Part shown: positions 34,127 through 47,266 of the stretch, one piece after another
How positions within the stretch are numbered: the stretch's first letter is position 1
How the letters are laid out: every line of letters starts with the position of its first letter
Assembly (NCBI GenBank): GCA_973895155.1
Contig: OZ316896.1
Coordinates: forward strand, 5,880,166-5,944,165
DNA from: Marsupella aquatica
Lineage: Eukaryota > Plantae > Marchantiophyta
Length of the DNA: 64,000 bases
Direction: 5' to 3'
Translations under genes and position numbers: made by a program
The notes under the pieces: model-generated
Databases searched by the model: none
What the model was told of the DNA's origin: nothing
What the model saw: the letters and a program-made list of their open reading frames with translations, nothing else

Positions 34127-37100
34127 TATTTGAATAAATAGCCTACCTGCCCCTTTTTGGAACCTAAACAGAGGTGCATTTGAATGTTTTCAATGACTTG
34201 CCCCAACCTTAAGTTATGCCCCAGAGTCACAGTCTAGCGGTTTCCACTCTCAACATCAGGCCCTGAGCTATTATATAGAGATAGATAGATAAATAATTCC
34301 GTTTGAAAATCCTAACTAGTAATAAGTTAGCAATTCTAGTGATTGATTCTTTTTGCAAGGTAAGCATATAACTGAGTTCAGTCTTTCATGACCGACTCTA
34401 TGGTCACGGACCTGGTTTATTGGCTCTGAAATCCAAAAAAAACATGAGAAGATGGTTGCTCAATGGCTCTAGGAGAAAGTTGCAGTGGGTCTAATAAAAA
34501 GCCTGATCTTTGTGTTTATTTTAGCATTGCACTTGTGATCCTGGCCTAACCAAATAATAATGTTTATGAGACAGTATTCTACAAAAATTCATATTTTAAA
34601 TATTTGATGACTTGTTTGCTTTCTAAAAAGTATATAATGAAGAATATTCCATATTTTTGGGTTGTAGCCCCTTGGTATACTTACTCTTTGTTGCAATATT
34701 TTTGTCAAAATAGTAAGAGAATCACTATTTTGGACCACATGGATTTCTAGTGTTTTTTGGGGTTGACCCCCTAATGTAGCAACCAATCCCAACATGGGGT
34801 CCAGCCCTTATCGCCAGTGATGCACTGCATGATCCAATTGTTGTTGAGATCACTTGTAGATCTTGAGTTATGGCCCGTTGCTCACAGACGGTGACACTCA
34901 GGCGCTGACAATGGCACCATCCATGAGCCCTGGAATTGGCTCTCTACTCTCTAGGATGGGCCTCAAGCCACCCAACCTCCATGTTCTGCTTGAATGGAAT
35001 AATGCCCTGGTGCTACTCTCCATCCCCTTGACTTGAAGAGAGTAGCCATGTATCTCAACTCATCGCGGCTAATAGATGGGCTATGAGGGCTCTTAGATCA
35101 TATTCCGAATCATACACACCTTTCATATATGTTGATGGGGATGGACTTGCCACCCCCTGACTAGCTTTGGTGCCCTATTTTGGTCTCCAACCCATATCTT
35201 GTTGGACAAAATATTATGGCCTGTGACTCTGTTTGCGATACTACAAATGAGATCACGTTTAGGTGGGCCAGGAGCTCATGATGGTTCTACCACAACCACT
35301 CATGACCACCTTCCCTATAGTGCCTTCTTGGACTTAGGGGGTATTGTGATGGGTTGGCGACACCCAATGTATATAGGAAAAATTATGAAAGCAAACCTTA
35401 TTTCCAAACCTATGTGACTCAAAAACAAAGGGTGATGTTTTGTGCACACAAAAGCTCAAATATGGGAAGTATCTGTGTTCACCTGTGTGAGGTCCAATTG
35501 CAACGTGCGCACCAAAGATACGCCACTACTTACACTGACCACGTATATAGAAAGACAAGTCACTTTTGTTACTATCAAGGACCACATATGGCGAAAGACA
35601 AGTCACTTTTTGTACTAGCAAGGACCACATGTGTGGAAAGTTGGTGGAGGAACATTCTTGGGCGGGGGATGGGGTTCTCCTCTGACTTATTTATTTAGGG
35701 GAATTCTCAAACTGAATCGGCTAGATCAAAAACGATATTGTTAACATGAAAAACTTCCCTCACTAAGACAAAATATTGGAAAAAACAAGAAGCAATTTTT
35801 GGAAGAAAGCAACACATTTTGAGTCGATATACACTGTTGCCTTGTGCTCCTCTTTTGTGCCCTATAGCATTGACGAGTCCTGCACTATTCTGCCATTCCA
35901 GGTCTTCTGGCTTTTGCATCCTCCTTGCAAATGAGATCAGATTGGGTTTATGATCTCAAAACTCATTGTTTTTATGTCACCCCTAAAATCAAACAAAATT
36001 ACTGCATTTTCCCTTTGCAACGAATAGGACTGCCATAACTCAAATAGCTGGTGCAGCTAAAATCAATCCAGACTGTCATAATTAACTCAAATAATTGGAA
36101 TATGCAGCTAACATTAATCCATTGGGGGCAACTTAAGAAGGTTCTGAAGTTTTGGGGTAACATACTAAAAACCAAATTAGAAAAAACCTCAGCAGGACAC
36201 TCCGTCGAGGTCAACAGTCATTCTTGCTTACCGTAAAACTTCTCCAATTTGTTTAGTGACGCAACTTTTTTAGTGACGCGCTGAGTTCTTTGAGCACATA
36301 ATTAGAATAGGTAGATTTTTTTGATGCTGCTATATGGCGGGACACACTTTGGTTACCTTGTCTTATTAGAATTGTTTGTTATATAATTTTATGTCAATTT
36401 GGTCTATTCTATGCTTTTACTTTGTATTTTTCTGATTTTCATAATTTCTTTCAACCCCTGTAATTTTTTCAAGTACTTGGTTTTAAGTAGACATGTTTAA
36501 ACTTTTTTAATCTTTCTAGTATAATAATTTATATTATCCCTCTATTTTTATTGTGTATTTTATGCTGTAAGCACTCTCCATTTTCATGAGAATTTTTTGA
36601 TACTATATAATTCTTCAAACACTCTCCAAACTCAACCAGGCAACTAGGACACAATCCAACTATGTCGGGTAGCTTATATGTCTATTGTTTAAAAGAATTC
36701 CAATGATTATGGTTTAGAGGTCAATAGGTGTCACCTAAACGGAGAAGCCCCACCTAAATAGAGAGCCCCCCAAAATTTAGAAAGGTACAAAATTAGTTTG
36801 TTTCGCTTTCAACCACAAAATAATGTACTTACAACAAGGTACACTGACTTGTACTTGTGTTTTACCCAGAGAGTTGTTTTACCCAGAGAGTACTGTTATC
36901 TATTCACTTTAACTATATGTTTTGTTCTATAATCATTGTTTCAATATTCTTGAATAAGATAAGGTAGCTTGTGTTTCATAAACTAGTTAAAGCTTAGATT
37001 AGACTTTATTGTGAATAAGTTAAGATAGGTGTGTCTTAGAAGGGGCCAGCTATACAACAGGACCCTCCCCGCCCGCCTACAGTAGTCCCTAAAGCCTTTT

Positions 37101-37749
37101 GACTTACACTGGGAATTCTATCTAATCCTCGGTCAGGTATTGTAGTTGACGCGCTGAATGATTCCAAGAGTAGAATAGAAGAGCGCTATTATTATATTGC
37201 AAAACTAATAATCTATTCAAACTTAGCTCAAACTTAACTTGTTCTTTAGGAGTGACATTGAGCTATTCTGAACTCGTCGTTAAGCAGTGACATGTGAGCC
37301 TATCCTATGTAAATGAAAGAAAAGAAAAACAGTCTTCCATATTTGCAAACATTGATAAAAAAAGGGTCATATGGAGTTTATCTTGCTACGACTCAAAGGA
37401 AACTTGACGTTTAGGAGTGACAGATGGTAGGGCTTATCCTATGTGCAAAAAAAAAACTCGCACTACTGCAAAGAAGAATAAAAGCTAGCATACTAGTCAA
37501 TTTATTTAAAGCAACCTACTATTAACACCAGGTCATATTGTTTTTGCGGGTTGGCCAGCTTTGTTGGGGAAACACTTCTTTTTCAGCATGATTCTTGTAC
37601 TAGTGACAAGTGGAAACAAAGGAAAAGCTCATAAGTCTATGATAGCTGGATATATTGGAGAGAGGGTCATATATAGGAAGAGAGGTATTTATTTTCTTTC
37701 ACTTTGAATGCAATAGCACTTGTTTTATTTCACTGTGCATATATATAAA

Positions 37750-38893
37750 AGAAGAATATACACAAACTTGTATAGAGAAGGGCCAAACAGAGTACAAAAG
37801 AATAACCAAAAGAGGTCCCAAGTGGGCAAAACCAAATGCAAAAGAAATGAGCGAAAGGAAACCTCTAAGAACCAAGAAAGGGGAACTAAAACAACCGCAA
37901 ATGGACCAAGGTCCTTATCATTCCTAGTTGGTGTGGCTAATAGCTAAAGGTCCATATCAAGTGTCAAAACTAAATCGGCAAGTGGGACTGAAATGTCCTC
38001 TAGGGGGGCTAGCCGTACCGGAGGCACACTAGCACCCACTGTCAGAGATCCACGATGGATGGCCCGAGCTTGAGCACGTTGTAAGGTGACTGAAATGCGT
38101 TGGCGAAAGTGCGTGGTCAAAACAGATAGCGGGGGTCCGGTGGGACCCATCCAACCATGAACATCCTAAGCAACTTGTCAAAGAAGCCCGTCGAATTGAT
38201 GGTGGAGATGCCCAAAGATCTCAAGAGCAAAAGGAGAAAGCTATCAGATGAAGCTCGGGTAGCATATTTGGCCTCCTTTGTTGTTGCCGCTCGTGATGCC
38301 ACTGACCCAATGATGTCTTGGCGCAATGGGTTTGCCACTACTACATCTGCCAAAGTACGTTGACCCTCACGGACCATGGTAAGATCCACCCGTAACCGTT
38401 GTGATGGAGGACCAGGTAACTCGAGCACCACCTCCCGCCGCATGCTAACCAAAGAGCCAGAGAGAACCTGAGCAGTCGCATCTCTCACAGCATCGTGAAC
38501 AACAATGGTTTCGCCGCCCAAACTGGACCGTAGAAGATGGACACCTGTGGCATCACAAGGCTTCCCACAAGTGTAAGAGGGAGATAAACCAGCAAGAAGT
38601 GGGTGGAGCAGCCCCATACGAAGACGCATGGCTATCGAGAACTCCGTTGAAGACATCCGCAAATGAGGAATGACTGGATTGGCCTGAAGCCAACCTCCTG
38701 GGCCCGTCCCTCCGGAAGAAAGAATCCGAGCTCGGTCCGTGTCAGGTGCCTCGGTGAGGATGCTGGAGAGGGTGAAAGCGTGCATACGCCCAACAAGGTC
38801 TGCCTGAAGACGGACGGGGTCCAAAGATAAAAACTCCTGAAATGAAGGTAACGCAGCACGGACCGGATCTGGTAATGATGATCGCGGTGCGCC
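37750..38893 (-). mobile_element. 5'-truncated CRE-type non-LTR retrotransposon (RLE domain plus 3' UTR)
   Basis: CGKPCDATGVHLL..HDAVRD..RVDLT..TLADVVVANP..KEAKY (zinc knuckle plus restriction-like endonuclease). Closely homologous to 58521-59720. Confidence 0.85.
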
Positions 38894-40310
38894 AAACTTA
38901 TCTAACTAGATTAAGTGTACTTGTTTTATTCTTCATGCATACATATAAAAGGGATTGCCAAACTTATCTATCTAGAGCAAGTGTACCCCTTTAGTGTAGA
39001 TATTGTAATTAGTGTTTTATATGAACCATTGTTTTTTCTTATTTCTCTTATGTAGAGATTATTGCCGTACTTTGATCACAACTTTGTTCGCATATCTAAT
39101 GGATTTAAAGAGAGGCTCTGGTATCCAATTCCCACAACCCTCCCGGGAGTTTGATCGGGTGTTTACTCTGCAATTCGTGCGGGACATCGGAACATGGAGA
39201 CAGAGGCGACCGTGATAACTATGCAGTAGTACTTGTACTGTATTGAATTGTTGAACAACTGAGGGCCAAGCCAATCTCAACGAAAGGTGATGATTATTTT
39301 CCAATTTTGTCCCACATCTTTCATCTTTCACTCTTGAGTTCGATGTACAGACGATGGTGCTCGGAATAAGACCGACAGATTTTTGCGTTCGGCCGCAAAT
39401 TCAATTCAATTTCGATTCGAAGAGTAGTAGCCTTGCTATGCTGTGCAGTGTGTTGTGTGATTGAATTGGTCCCTGGTTTGTGCAAATTAGAGACGATTTA
39501 CGACATTTACATATCTATATACTACTCAGCAGTCGTCATGCGCGGGGGAACCGGTCGGTCACGATTGTAAACGTGGATGCGACTTTTGCTCTGTTTCCAA
39601 CTGTAGTTGTATTTAAAGATCTGATTAATGTTTGTTCTACCCTGGTCACGCAATGTAGATCTGGAAACGTTACGTATGTTTGGTACTCAAGTTTCGTCTA
39701 ATTGCGCTGATTTGATAACGTGCACAGACATGGCCGAGATCTCACAATCCGAACTCGATTGAGTTGAATTCGCACGTATTATTCCCGTGGCGTGCTAGTA
39801 GCTCTCCAAGAAGTATGTCACAGAGTTGCGGATTAATCTCTTCTCCTGGTCAACACAAAATTGGAGTACTTTTAGTCTTGTTTTGCTGGCTATATAGGAC
39901 TGATTGGTCGACTGGACCGCAGGTTCAAGTGGAAGTAGTCTCCTACCTCGAAGACAAACTGAAGAGTTCCTCATCAAGACAGACCAATGGTGCAGACTAT
40001 CGACTTATGACTTGAAATTTGGCAGAATGCAAAATTGGTATGGAAGAGAGTTTTCAGAAATGATGAATTTTCAGCAGTCTCGTGAGATGTTCAAGAACGA
40101 CGATCTGCAAACGAGATCGAGTCATATATGAATTTGTCAACGAGAAGGAAGCCACCTCTAGATTCTGTTATTGCACTCGGTCAGTTGTATTGACTCGCAG
40201 ATTTTCCAAGGTAGAGTCTTAACCTTGTTAGACCGTAGGGAATTAGAGAAGGCCAACCGAATTGCAACCGAAGCGGGGACGGAAGGCCATTCCAACAGGT
40301 ACTCAATAAA

Positions 40311-42994
40311 ATGCCTGCAGATTACAAAGCAGATAACAGCAAAGACGATCCTTCACATGACAGCCATGAACGAAGTTCCTCGACATCGAGCACTTCACTA
40401 GTAGACAGAAATAACTATGGTGCGGTGTCCTTGCCCCTGGACTGGGAAAACGAGCCACAGATGTCATTCTTGGAGAAGAGACCGGGGAGTTTGCAGGGGT
40501 TTGCAAAAGAACGCAATCTGAGCATCGCAGCCCCAACGGATAACGACTATGAATCTGATGGAAGTGAGTTTTCCTTTTCTGGTACACCGGCTGGCACACC
40601 AGGCAGGATGGAGCGATGGAGATCTTTCAAGATTTCTTCGTTTTTTAGCCGCTTCCATAGACAATCGACCATGCCAAGCCTGTCAAGGATTCCAGCATCG
40701 CCGCTGCAAGGTCTGTGTGGATGATTGTATATAATTTGACTAATCTAGATTTCGTTTTGACCATCACCAGATCTACACTCTTTGTTGTTTAAGAGCTCTA
40801 TGTGATGTGATGTGACGTGAATCCTATTGAAATGAGTTTCGAGTCCTAGGGGTTCCGCAGGTGAGACACAAGGTAGAGTAGGAACGACTGCGATGCAGTA
40901 TAAGCCAGTAGCCTGACCGGCAAGCAGCCAGAAAGAAGCATAGGTTGACTTACTATTGAATACGCTAAAGATATTCAACAGGGGTTTCACTTCAAGAATG
41001 AAAGAGAAGAGCAATCGCAGTCCGGCAGAAGGCATGATCAAACCTTATTCTATTCCTGCAGGGCCTTCCGTATCGCAAGACGATATTTCGTTGAGGGAGG
41101 AGAGTAGGACATACATGGTGTCATACGACTCAGAGACACCAGTTGCTTCACCTAGGAATATTATTTCCATCAGAGGTTTGATCAAACTATGTGGACGAGA
41201 TACTTCTGGACGACCGATTGGTAAGCGTTTGATCACGATCAACGAGAGTAAGAAATGATCAGTGTGAGAAAGACTATGCTCTAGCGAGTGCTGTAGTCTA
41301 AGTCGGATAGTAAGTCTTAGTTGGTCACAACCTTCACCTATGAAAGTTTTATAATTTTTTGCTTTCTGAGAGGCAATCCTAATTAGCTGGAAGAATGTGT
41401 TGCTCGCAGTGGTTATTGACACGAGCTACTGCCCGCCGGCTTATATGAGATTTGTAGCTTTGGGACATATACGAGGTATGAAAGGTGGCTAACAATGCAT
41501 GCATATTATCTTTCATTGGATGGATTGATGCTCAGGATGTCCCCACTAAGTCGCAGGCTGGTTAGAGAGATAGTGTTCGTCGGAATAGGAGTAAAAATCT
41601 GCTCGATGCACAGGCTGAGATAACAGCAAATCAATGCTCGTCCTCTTGCAGAAAAGATGGAGCCTATAGTAGAAAGCGGAGGGTATAATTTGGTCTTCGT
41701 AATGTCGCCTAATCCAAGTAGAGCGGATGCAAGTAAAGATGTACGATATTCCAAGCCCCTGACTCGATAAACAGAGCTTAAATAATTAGTTCACAAATTT
41801 CGAAGCGAAAGCGATGATCTCACATCCAGTCTCCGCCACTGTCTAAAATGAAGCTGAGCTTTTGTACGGCTTTAATTGATTGTGATTGTGTCTGATTTAA
41901 GATTTGTGCGAACTTAAACCAGCCCTTCTCTTTGCCTGTCCTCCCTGCAATTCTTCGCCATACGTTTGAGCTTGCTGCTTCATTACTAGTATCCTTCCTA
42001 GTAATCCTGAAGGAGCAGGGGATGGCTCTCTGGATGCAGGTGCCAGCAATGTGGTGCTTGGAGGTATATAGGAAGCTACCTTACTCCTACAAAAAAAATG
42101 TCGAACGAGTTGTACTCATTCACCCAACATTCGTCGTAAACGTACGTTCTCCAATCCTGTCAGCTATTACGTACAATGAACTTGTCACCATGAATAAGAT
42201 GGTGTGTGGCAACCTTGTGATGCTATGGTGATTTGTCATGAGGCTTGCTTTCTTCGGAAGTGAGGTTGCTCCCTGCTTCTTAGACAAGATATCGTTTCAC
42301 AAATCAAACCTGTACACATGGAACTTTGAAACCAACGGAAATATCTGCTTCTTATTTAGTAATTATTTGGAAGTAGCTGTTTCTTTGTTAAATGATAGGG
42401 GCATAATAGGATCGCAAGCAGGTTTAAATCAGCGAAATGTCTGTGTTAGGACCTCAGTTGGTGATAAACATCCTCCGGCCCTTCACGAGCTCAAAAGCAC
42501 ACGAGAAGATAACACGGGTGCATCGCTTGGTAATGCCCCTTCCTCTGAACATTGCTTGTACCAATCTTGCCATTTCCTCTATAAGATCAGGTTGTTATGC
42601 TAAGTTTGTCGCGGCTTATAGATGGTAAGGTTGGAGAAGCGAGTACATTTGTATACATTTTGCACACTTCTGTATAATTGAACGTTTGGCTCGATATCGT
42701 AGAGGTACACAAACATCCAAGGTTTTTAAGTCTCCAACGACGGTTAGGTCGAACTGAACCACCTCAGTTTAGACTCTCTTATGTTCTATGTTTTTTCTTG
42801 TTGTCAAACATATTTCCAAGATTTCTAAAATATTTTTGTATGGAATATTTTTCATTCAACTGCAGGCTGATCTAGAGAAGGCCAGTAACGGCGAAATAAC
42901 TTTGGACAAGCTGTACCTAGCAACGCATGTTTACCTGCATGACAAGACATTGACAGAGTCTGACAACATCGATAATTTCACTGCGCTAAGCTAG
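40311..42994 (+). CDS. CRAL-TRIO_2 (BNIP2/GDAP2-like Sec14) domain protein, multi-exon
   Basis: Exon peptides LCGRDTSGRPI, VVIDTSYCP, MEPIVESGGYNLVFV, WCLEVYRKLPYSYKKNVERVVLIHPT, LRPFTSSKAHEKI and ADLEK..VYLHD, bounded by GT-AG sites. Confidence 0.8.
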
Positions 42995-44039
42995 GCATTG
43001 TCCTGTCGCTTTGTATTGCTTTCGTTATAGAGATACACTGCCGTCTCCCGTTGATGTATTGTGTGTATACTTCTTAGCAGGATTTAGCAGCGAACAATGG
43101 TCTTCATCATAACGACAAGATCTCGAGACAATGATCATCAATAGATAGGTCTTTGTTAATCAATTGCGGCCCCAATTCGTTCTAGATGCTTTAAATATGA
43201 AGGTATTCATGACCCCTGCTGTCCACTTGGAGGAGTTAGATTTTTGCAGATACTTGTAGCCCTCCCAAGTTGTCAACTCTCAACTTAAAAAAGGGGAGAT
43301 TCGTTGACTTTAAACTCTGCAGCAACATTAGTTTGCAGAAACTGCAGTGGTGAAATTGCATGCCCAGATACTACCTGCGCATAAAAGCTTGTTGAGTACT
43401 TTCTCTGTTTTCTTTATTTTCTTGAAGACTCGTCGAGAAATTTGCCAGAGTGAAAGTGCAGTTTCTTTTCGAAATGATGTGGAGCGGCAATTGGACCCCT
43501 AAGTATCTCTATCTGGTCCTTTCCACCTCTCGATTTGCCATGTGAGGATTTTCATTTCGGGATCACATTGGACGAATGATTTCTTCCAAATCCTCGCCGT
43601 TCACATCGCCCACACAACAAGCATAGAAGAAAAGTCGAGCGCAAACAAATTGAACTTACAAGAGCTGAAGTGCAATTGCTTTCCCAGCGTGGAGGTAGGA
43701 CTCTACGTCGTGCGAAGGAGAAATGAAGAACTCTAAAACCGGCCAGCGCGAGAGGATTGGGGATTGAGTGTTGACCCTATACCGTATCTCCTACTCCGAA
43801 GGCAACTTGCAAGGAAGTGAGCAAGCTCGCTACTATGAAGGCAACGTGACGACGGGAGTTTGTCACTCTGTCAATGCGAGGTTTTGGACCTTGCACTTAT
43901 TAGGCATGTGAGTACGATGGAATGCTTTTCTCATGGAATGGTTTTCCATGCTGAATGTGTAGGATAACCTATGGCCAAGGGGATTACGGGCCACAGCCTT
44001 CAAAAAAGACCATCGATTATCAAACCTCTTTTTCTTTTT

Positions 44040-44520
44040 TTATCCTAGCCCCCAGAGTGTTCAAAATTACTAACCTGGCCCCAAAACTAATCAGGTTGCA
44101 CCACATTTTGTATGTGGATTGGCTTAACTCGGCTATATTAGCTTGAGATTTATTTAGTTTGCAAACATGGAGGTTCATGATTTGCCTGTGCTAACCCCCT
44201 CCAATGGTATTTTCACCCTGGACCAGGTTCCCCCGTCTGCAACTCACCTGACTGCATCGCTTGTTTGATTGTCTACAAGTAGAAACTATCAAATTTTGGT
44301 CCCATTCATTTCCCTCACTTCACTGTCAAAGGTCATTTACCTTGGACAAATTATGAACCTCCACATGTCCCCGGACCAATTAAGTGTCATCTTGGGTTAG
44401 CCTTGTCAAGTTAAGCCAACCCACATATAAAATGCAACCAGGGGCGCATGCAACTTGATACAACACATTAATTTTTGGGGCAGGGTACTAAATTTAGGAC
44501 TACTTGGAGGACAAGAAACT
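44040..44520. mobile_element. Foldback/MULE-like MITE with long imperfect inverted arms
   Basis: CATTTTGTATGTGGATTGGCTTAAC (~44104) pairs with ~44410-44434. GGAGGTTCATGATTTG (~44169) pairs with ~44346-44362. Boundaries are approximate. Confidence 0.55.
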
Positions 44521-46107
44521 AAGAAAAAAATAGTATCAAACATAGATACTAAGTGAATTCTTGCCCTATTTCCACCCTAAGTCTTGCACCCCAGTTTCAC
44601 TACCCTCTACCTAGCCAACGGGTACCCAAAGCCTCCTAGCCCCCAGCAAAGCTTGCCAGGGTGTTAAGGCAGATAATTGTGAACAAACCTATAAAGAAAA
44701 ACCATCAAGGGGTTTTCATAAAGGAGTATTGCAACCCCGTCAGTTATCAGTCTATGGTATGAGGTATCAATTGCTCCCATCAATCCCTTGCGTGTAAAAC
44801 TTTCTCCTTAGCGTGGCCACCAAGATCACTCAGCAGGGCTGCCAAGTTGAAAAATGGACTCAGTGAGGGTCAGCCAAGTGGAAAATTTTCAACTTGGCAT
44901 GGCCAATGAGCTCCGGGGCATCACTCCAAAGGGGGGTCCATATCAAGCGCGAAATTTTGGGGGAAGAAATATACTAAAAGTTAAGTAAATAAATGTGTTT
45001 ACTCCAGATTTGTTGGAATAGTATTGGAATATTCTTATATTAGGTTTAAAAACACTCTGATTATTATAATTCTCAAAACTGAATTAAAATATCCCTAATG
45101 TGTTTCCACAAAAATTTAAAATTCTTTTACTAAACCTAATTAAAAAAAACCTATCCTTATTTGTGGGTGATGGATGGGGATAAAAGAAGTGAGGACCCCG
45201 GGCCACTGAAAGAAAAAAGACATGGCCAAATTGATGTTCAAGTTTAAGGAGGCCACCTAGTTTCAGTGATATGGCAAAGCTCCAGGTTAACAACCTCCAA
45301 TCATGAGAGCTCTGTTTCTTTTTGCCTTTGAAGGATACTGACCTTCCTTCAACAACGATGGTTGCCTTTGAAGGATACTGACCTTTATTCAACAACGATG
45401 GTTGGAGTAAGGTCACCTCCATCCATACAAAGACACAAGAAACAAACCTCGTTCAAGTGTGTGTATGGGTGGTGTCCTGGTTTCAATTCAACGTTGGGTT
45501 GGTGACTACAGTTGACAGTTCTGGATTGTCTCTCTTTGCGTGGGGGCAACATCGTACAATTCTAGCTCCACAATTCTAGCTCGCCGTGTGCTGAGTCCCT
45601 TAAATATATGACGAGTGCGTGCGCAAAACTGTATTTGGTGTACAGAATTCGATGTTCGCGGGACAATTTGTAGTTCATTGGAACGAGAGTGAAAGCGGAC
45701 AGAAAGAAACCAGATGGTTGAAAGTTCGGTACACGGCAATGGTGTCACATGACGCGCTCGCTTCCCAACCGGCTGGCTCGGTGGAGGGTAAATAACGGCA
45801 AGTTCCCTTCCTTTCCTCCAGCGCGCCCCGATCACGCAACATTGCACTGCTGACGAAGTGAATGAATTTTATTCAATGCGCCTTGATTCGCAGTCCTACA
45901 ACGCAACGTAATCCTGGAAGATGATCACTTTGGTCTTACTGCAGTTTTCCCTTGTTTCCTCTCCTGCCTCTGGGATCGTGTCTCGCTGTTGGCCGCCTTT
46001 TGTTTCTTGGCATTGTGATATATACTTCGACCATCTGTCCAATAGAATGATGTAAAAGTCAGTGCTTGCACTGTGATCTCATGTGCTTGCGTTGGCTTGC
46101 AGTGTCC

Positions 46108-46290
46108 GTGAATGACGCCCGGCCTTGTTGCCTTGAAAGATTTCATTGAATGACGCCCGTTCTTTTCGCCTTGAAGGATTTCATTGAATGACGCCCGGCG
46201 CCCCGGCCTTTCTATTCTGCCTTGGAAAAATTCATTGAGTGACGCCCGGCCTTTAATGCCTTCAAGGATTTCATTAATGACGTCCGACCT
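46108..46290 (+). repeat. ~38-49 bp minisatellite, ~4.5 units
   Basis: Core GCCTTGAAGGATTTCATTGAATGACGCCCG with variable short linkers. Confidence 0.8.
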
Positions 46291-46307
46291 TTCGCACGTC
46301 CAGCGTT

Positions 46308-46531
46308 ACGGCCTGGATGTGTTCCCGACTATGTCGGAACAAGGACTCCGTCCCAACCCGGCTTCATAATTATGTCATGATCTTTCTCGTCTGACGTCTA
46401 ATCAGAGCGCGTCCTTGGCACGGCCTGGATGTGTTCCCGACTATGTCGGAACAAGGACTCCGTCCCAACCCGGCTTCATAATTATGTCATGATCTTTCTC
46501 GTCTGACGTCTAATCAGAGCGCGTCCTTGGC
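46308..46531 (+). repeat. Exact 112-bp tandem duplication
   Basis: 46308-46419 equals 46420-46531. Confidence 0.9.
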
Positions 46532-47266
46532 AGTACTGATTCAGAGCATACTTCTCCACCCTCAGCTCTATCCTCGAGCTGTAGAAAACTCACTGGTTAC
46601 GTTCCAATCTCCTCATGTGGGCGTGTGAACTCCTAGTAACTTCTTACTCGTCCCGACTCGTTTCGTAGAATTCTCGTCCTCTTACATTGTGCTCTGTGTC
46701 CTTGTGTGAGACCTCGATCTCCAGCTACGGTCGGCAGCACCCGATTCTCGTACCCGTCAATACTCTCGCCACTAGCAATCGGTGTGAGACCGGTGTTATC
46801 GATGTTTTGTGCCTGAAAGGGCTCAGGATCACAAAGGGCGAACAAATTTAGGGAACTCTGATTTCACCCTCCAGCTTAGTCAGAATATGGAGACATGGTG
46901 ACAGGGATTCGACCAGAGAACGGAAGAATTTGGCTGTCTAGTGGTGAGCACACCTGGATTGGATTGAACTCCTCTAAATCCGGGCTATACCGATGAGAAA
47001 TGAAAGCAGCGACGATTTCCCCAAACTGAGGGCACCCGATCTAAGACCGACGGCATTGAATCAATTGTCGATCGCCGCCACGGAAATTGACAATTGAGAG
47101 CTTCGGTCGTCAATTTCCAGGTCTTGGGTTACTGATTTTCGAATGTTACTCTTGAAACAGGAATCAACAAGAAGAAGAAATAAAGAGTCTGTAATGGAGC
47201 TCCTGGCCCCCTTGCAAGTCATGGCGTAAATGTGATCGAGGAGGGGGCGAGGGAGGGGGGTGCGAA

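Noticed and set aside
37719-38951. ~33-bp TSD around the short CRE copy
   Set aside because: The similar flanks are imperfect and the right one is offset from the junction; more likely a pre-existing local ~66-bp repeat.
46108-46290. CRISPR-like repeat/spacer pattern
   Set aside because: Linkers are only ~8-19 bp and related to each other, repeats are degenerate, there are no cas genes, and the context is eukaryotic.
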